36,720 nucleotides of DNA, from positions 1-36,720 of the forward strand of contig JAOUJX010000001.1 of NCBI GenBank assembly GCA_029882955.1. The letters are read 5' to 3'. Both the position numbers and the translations under genes were made by a program. The DNA is from Gammaproteobacteria bacterium (lineage in GTDB: Bacteria > Pseudomonadota > Gammaproteobacteria > GCA-001735895). Positions 34,541 through 36,720 of this stretch are shown here, one piece after another; position 1 is the stretch's first letter, and the number at the start of each line of letters is the position of its first letter. The notes under the pieces are model-generated. The model saw only the letters and a program-made list of their open reading frames with translations. It was not told the DNA's origin and made no database searches.

Positions 34541-36169
34541 CTATGCTAGCCAGATAAACTCGGGGAACTCCAGTCCACCTAGAGACCCCAGTGGTACCGT
34601 TGGCATTCCCATTACGTTATCACGGATAGCATCGGTGATATTGGAGAACGCCGGGATCACCATACCGCTACCTTCGTGGATCAGGGTCTGCATTTCGCAG
34701 TACATCGCGTGGCGCTTGGTCGGATCGATTTCTGCTAGAGACAGGGACAGTAATTCACCCATACGCTTATTGTTCCAGAAAGTATCATTCCAGTTACCAT
34801 TCGGTCCGAATTGAATTGCCATCTGCGAATTGGCCGTAGGACGCATGTTCCAGGTGACCACGTTCATCGGCTCTTTCATCCACACCGCACCCCAGTAACC
34901 GTCATTCGGTACTTTTTTCAGGTTCAGATTGAAGCCGATTTTGGCGCAGTTAGCCTGTGCCAGCAGGCAGGTGTCTTCGATACCGGAAGTAACCGGTGCT
35001 ACGAAAAGATCTGCATTGCTATAGCCCGACTTCTTGAAGTGAAATTTTGCCTTGTCCGGATCGAATTGGCGTTGTGCTAATTCAGAACACCAGTCACTGC
35101 CATGTGCTGATGAAATCGGTGTGTCGTTGCCAATCGTACCCTCGCCTTTGAGGATGCGTTTGACGATGCGCTCACGATCCTGAATATATTGCATGCCCTT
35201 GACGAAGTCGTCGCTTTCGCCCGGCTTGGTGTTTTTGAGGATGCAGATTCCGAGCTGTGCCGCGGCAGGAATAGATGTCAGGGTGACACCGTCGGCCGAT
35301 CTAATCTGGCGGTAGGCTTTAGGGTCGACTCGGGCAATCATGTCTACATCACCGGCAATCACCGCGTTGACCCGGGCCACCGGATCGGTGATAGCGGTTA
35401 TTTCCATTGCATCGAGATTCGCACCTTCACGCCAGTAGTTTTCGTTGCGCTTATGCACCGATTTTACACCGGGTTCGAATGATTCCATGGTATAAGGTCC
35501 GGTTCCGATCCAGTCGCCCTTGCTGCCGTCTTTGATAATCTTGTTCTGGTTGAGACCCAGTAGCGTGGGCAGATCGGCATTCGGCGAATGCATGATCGCC
35601 TTGACTTCGTGCGGACCAGTTTTCTTCCATTCCTTGACCGTTGCCATGACGGATTTGATGGTTGAGGTTGAATCTTCGGTCAGGTGGCGGTTCATACTGT
35701 AGACGACATCTTCGGCGGTGAATTTTGAGCCATCGTGCCATTCGACGCCTTTGCGTAACTTGAAAGTCCACTCAGTGGCGTTTGAATTCGGCTCGAAAGA
35801 TTCGGCTAGTTCAGGTTGAGGCGTCAGATCATTGGCATGCTGAACCAGGCTGCTATAGACAGCACGGCCCCGGGCATAATCGATGCCCGAAGTAAACAGG
35901 CGTGGATCGACGTTGTCGTTTGGACCGTGCAAGTCTATCGCCACACGCACCGAACCGCCTTTCTTCGGCGTAGCTGCAATCGCTTTGTTACCCGAAATCA
36001 GCATGTTTTCTGCAACGGCCAGGGTAACGCCAGTAGCGGCTGCGAGTTTCATCACTTCACGACGGGTATAACCTTTATTACCGGCCAAAGTTTTCTCGAC
36101 TCGACCTTTGTCGACGTGATCCAGATCTTGATATTTAAGTTCATTATCCAGTATTGTTTTATCGGTCAT
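34541..36169 (-). CDS. family-5 (DppA/OppA/GsiB-like) periplasmic substrate-binding protein with Tat-type signal
   Basis: The ATG at 36169 (MTDKTIL...) is preceded by GGAGGAG. Twin-arginine motif TRREVMKLAAATGVTLAVA. Mature domain with KGVEWHDGSKFTAEDVVYS, typical of SBP family 5. Confidence 0.9.
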   Translation of the reverse strand: MTDKTILDNELKYQDLDHVDKGRVEKTLAGNKGYTRREVMKLAAATGVTLAVAENMLISGNKAIAATPKKGGSVRVAIDLHGPNDNVDPRLFTSGIDYARGRAVYSSLVQHANDLTPQPELAESFEPNSNATEWTFKLRKGVEWHDGSKFTAEDVVYSMNRHLTEDSTSTIKSVMATVKEWKKTGPHEVKAIMHSPNADLPTLLGLNQNKIIKDGSKGDWIGTGPYTMESFEPGVKSVHKRNENYWREGANLDAMEITAITDPVARVNAVIAGDVDMIARVDPKAYRQIRSADGVTLTSIPAAAQLGICILKNTKPGESDDFVKGMQYIQDRERIVKRILKGEGTIGNDTPISSAHGSDWCSELAQRQFDPDKAKFHFKKSGYSNADLFVAPVTSGIEDTCLLAQANCAKIGFNLNLKKVPNDGYWGAVWMKEPMNVVTWNMRPTANSQMAIQFGPNGNWNDTFWNNKRMGELLSLSLAEIDPTKRHAMYCEMQTLIHEGSGMVIPAFSNITDAIRDNVMGMPTVPLGSLGGLEFPEFIWLA

Positions 36170-36553
36170 TTTTTCTCCTCCAACAGGAATTGCGTAATTA
36201 ATCAGCCTACGTGAGATGAATTCACGGTCAGCCGATTTGATCTGGTACATGTTTCATGAACCGTTGTTTTAATTTGTCGATTCCGCTAGTTAATCGGTTT
36301 TCTAATTAAGCTGATCGACTTTTTCGATAATATATCATAAACGGTTAGCACAAGGTGAATGTTCATTCTATATCGAATTGGCAATAGAATTTACAGAGCT
36401 TGTAGCCTGCCTGTCAAATTACACAGTGATTATTTTGTAAACACCAGGCTCAACAAAAATAGACTTCCAGGGTGATATGGCAGGCAGTTTAATATATCGT
36501 TCACCTCCTACTTTTACCGGAATACTTTCTTGAATCGATCTCCAGGCGGCCGG

Positions 36554-36720
36554 ATGCTATCTAAGCAGTTGAGTCATCGCCAGGTCTGGATGCTGGCCGG
36601 GCCGATTATGCTGTCCAACGTGTCGGTGCCGCTAGTGGGTGCGGTCGATACTGCTGTGGTGGGTCATTTACCCGATCCGGCAGCTATTGGGGCGGTGGCG
36701 TTGGGTGCATTGATATTCGG
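36554..36720 (+). CDS. MATE-family efflux transporter, N-terminal fragment (continues beyond window)
   Basis: The frame is open to the window end: MLSKQLSHRQVWMLAGPIMLSNVSVPLVGAVDTAVVGHLPDPAAIGAVALGALIF resembles the first TM helices of DinF/NorM-type MATE proteins. The start is uncertain (TTG at 36530 is an alternative). Confidence 0.6.
   Translation, partial: MLSKQLSHRQVWMLAGPIMLSNVSVPLVGAVDTAVVGHLPDPAAIGAVALGALIF

Noticed and set aside
36170-36250. N-terminal extension of the binding-protein ORF (MYQIKSADREFISRRLINYAIPVGGEK...)
   Set aside because: The ATG at 36250 has no RBS, while the internal ATG at 36169 is preceded by GGAGGAG at ideal spacing. The same logic trimmed the ORF-track starts of the ATPase (32552 to 32537), fliS, flgH, flgI, the CBS gene and the aminotransferase.
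36251-36553. Several short palindromes (GAATG-TT-CATTC, TTCTAT-N12-ATAGAA, GTCGAT-N31-ATCGAC, CTGCCTG...CAGGCAG) in the roughly 380-nt region between the ABC operon and the MATE gene, considered as operators or a riboswitch
   Set aside because: The arms are short (5-7 bp) and expected by chance in AT-rich intergenic DNA. No known riboswitch or operator consensus was recognised. Comparative data are needed before making any call.

Overview
Chromosomal segment that looks gammaproteobacterial, judged from gene content and order only. No rRNA, tRNA, CRISPR array, IS element or prophage genes were seen. Layout, left to right: (1) housekeeping genes queA(partial)-tgt, a reverse-strand CBS-pair gene, yajC-secD-secF and an 82-aa orphan ORF. 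(2) A late polar-type flagellar cluster, flgGHIJKL, then two tandem sigma-28-promoter/flagellin/flaG modules, then fliD-fliS-fliT-like. It starts at flgG behind its own sigma-54 promoter, and no flgB-F or flagellar regulators are adjacent. (3) rhlE-like DEAD-box helicase and an orphan class-III aminotransferase. (4) The most interesting region: a PmrAB/QseBC-type two-component system transcribed divergently from a four-gene operon encoding a periplasmic TlpA-like thioredoxin, a DUF4266-type lipoprotein, a DUF3570-type outer-membrane protein and an ApbE FMN transferase. The DUF3570-type protein carries a DALTGAT flavinylation motif. The shared intergenic region holds two oppositely oriented perfect PmrA-type boxes, and the ApbE has no signal peptide. 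(5) A dual-PAS GGDEF protein with a degenerate I-site, an MFS transporter, a Dpp/Gsi-type peptide ABC importer (Tat-signal SBP, two permeases, fused double ATPase), and the 5' end of a MATE efflux gene. All calls rest on reading motifs in the translations and the DNA; no database search was run.
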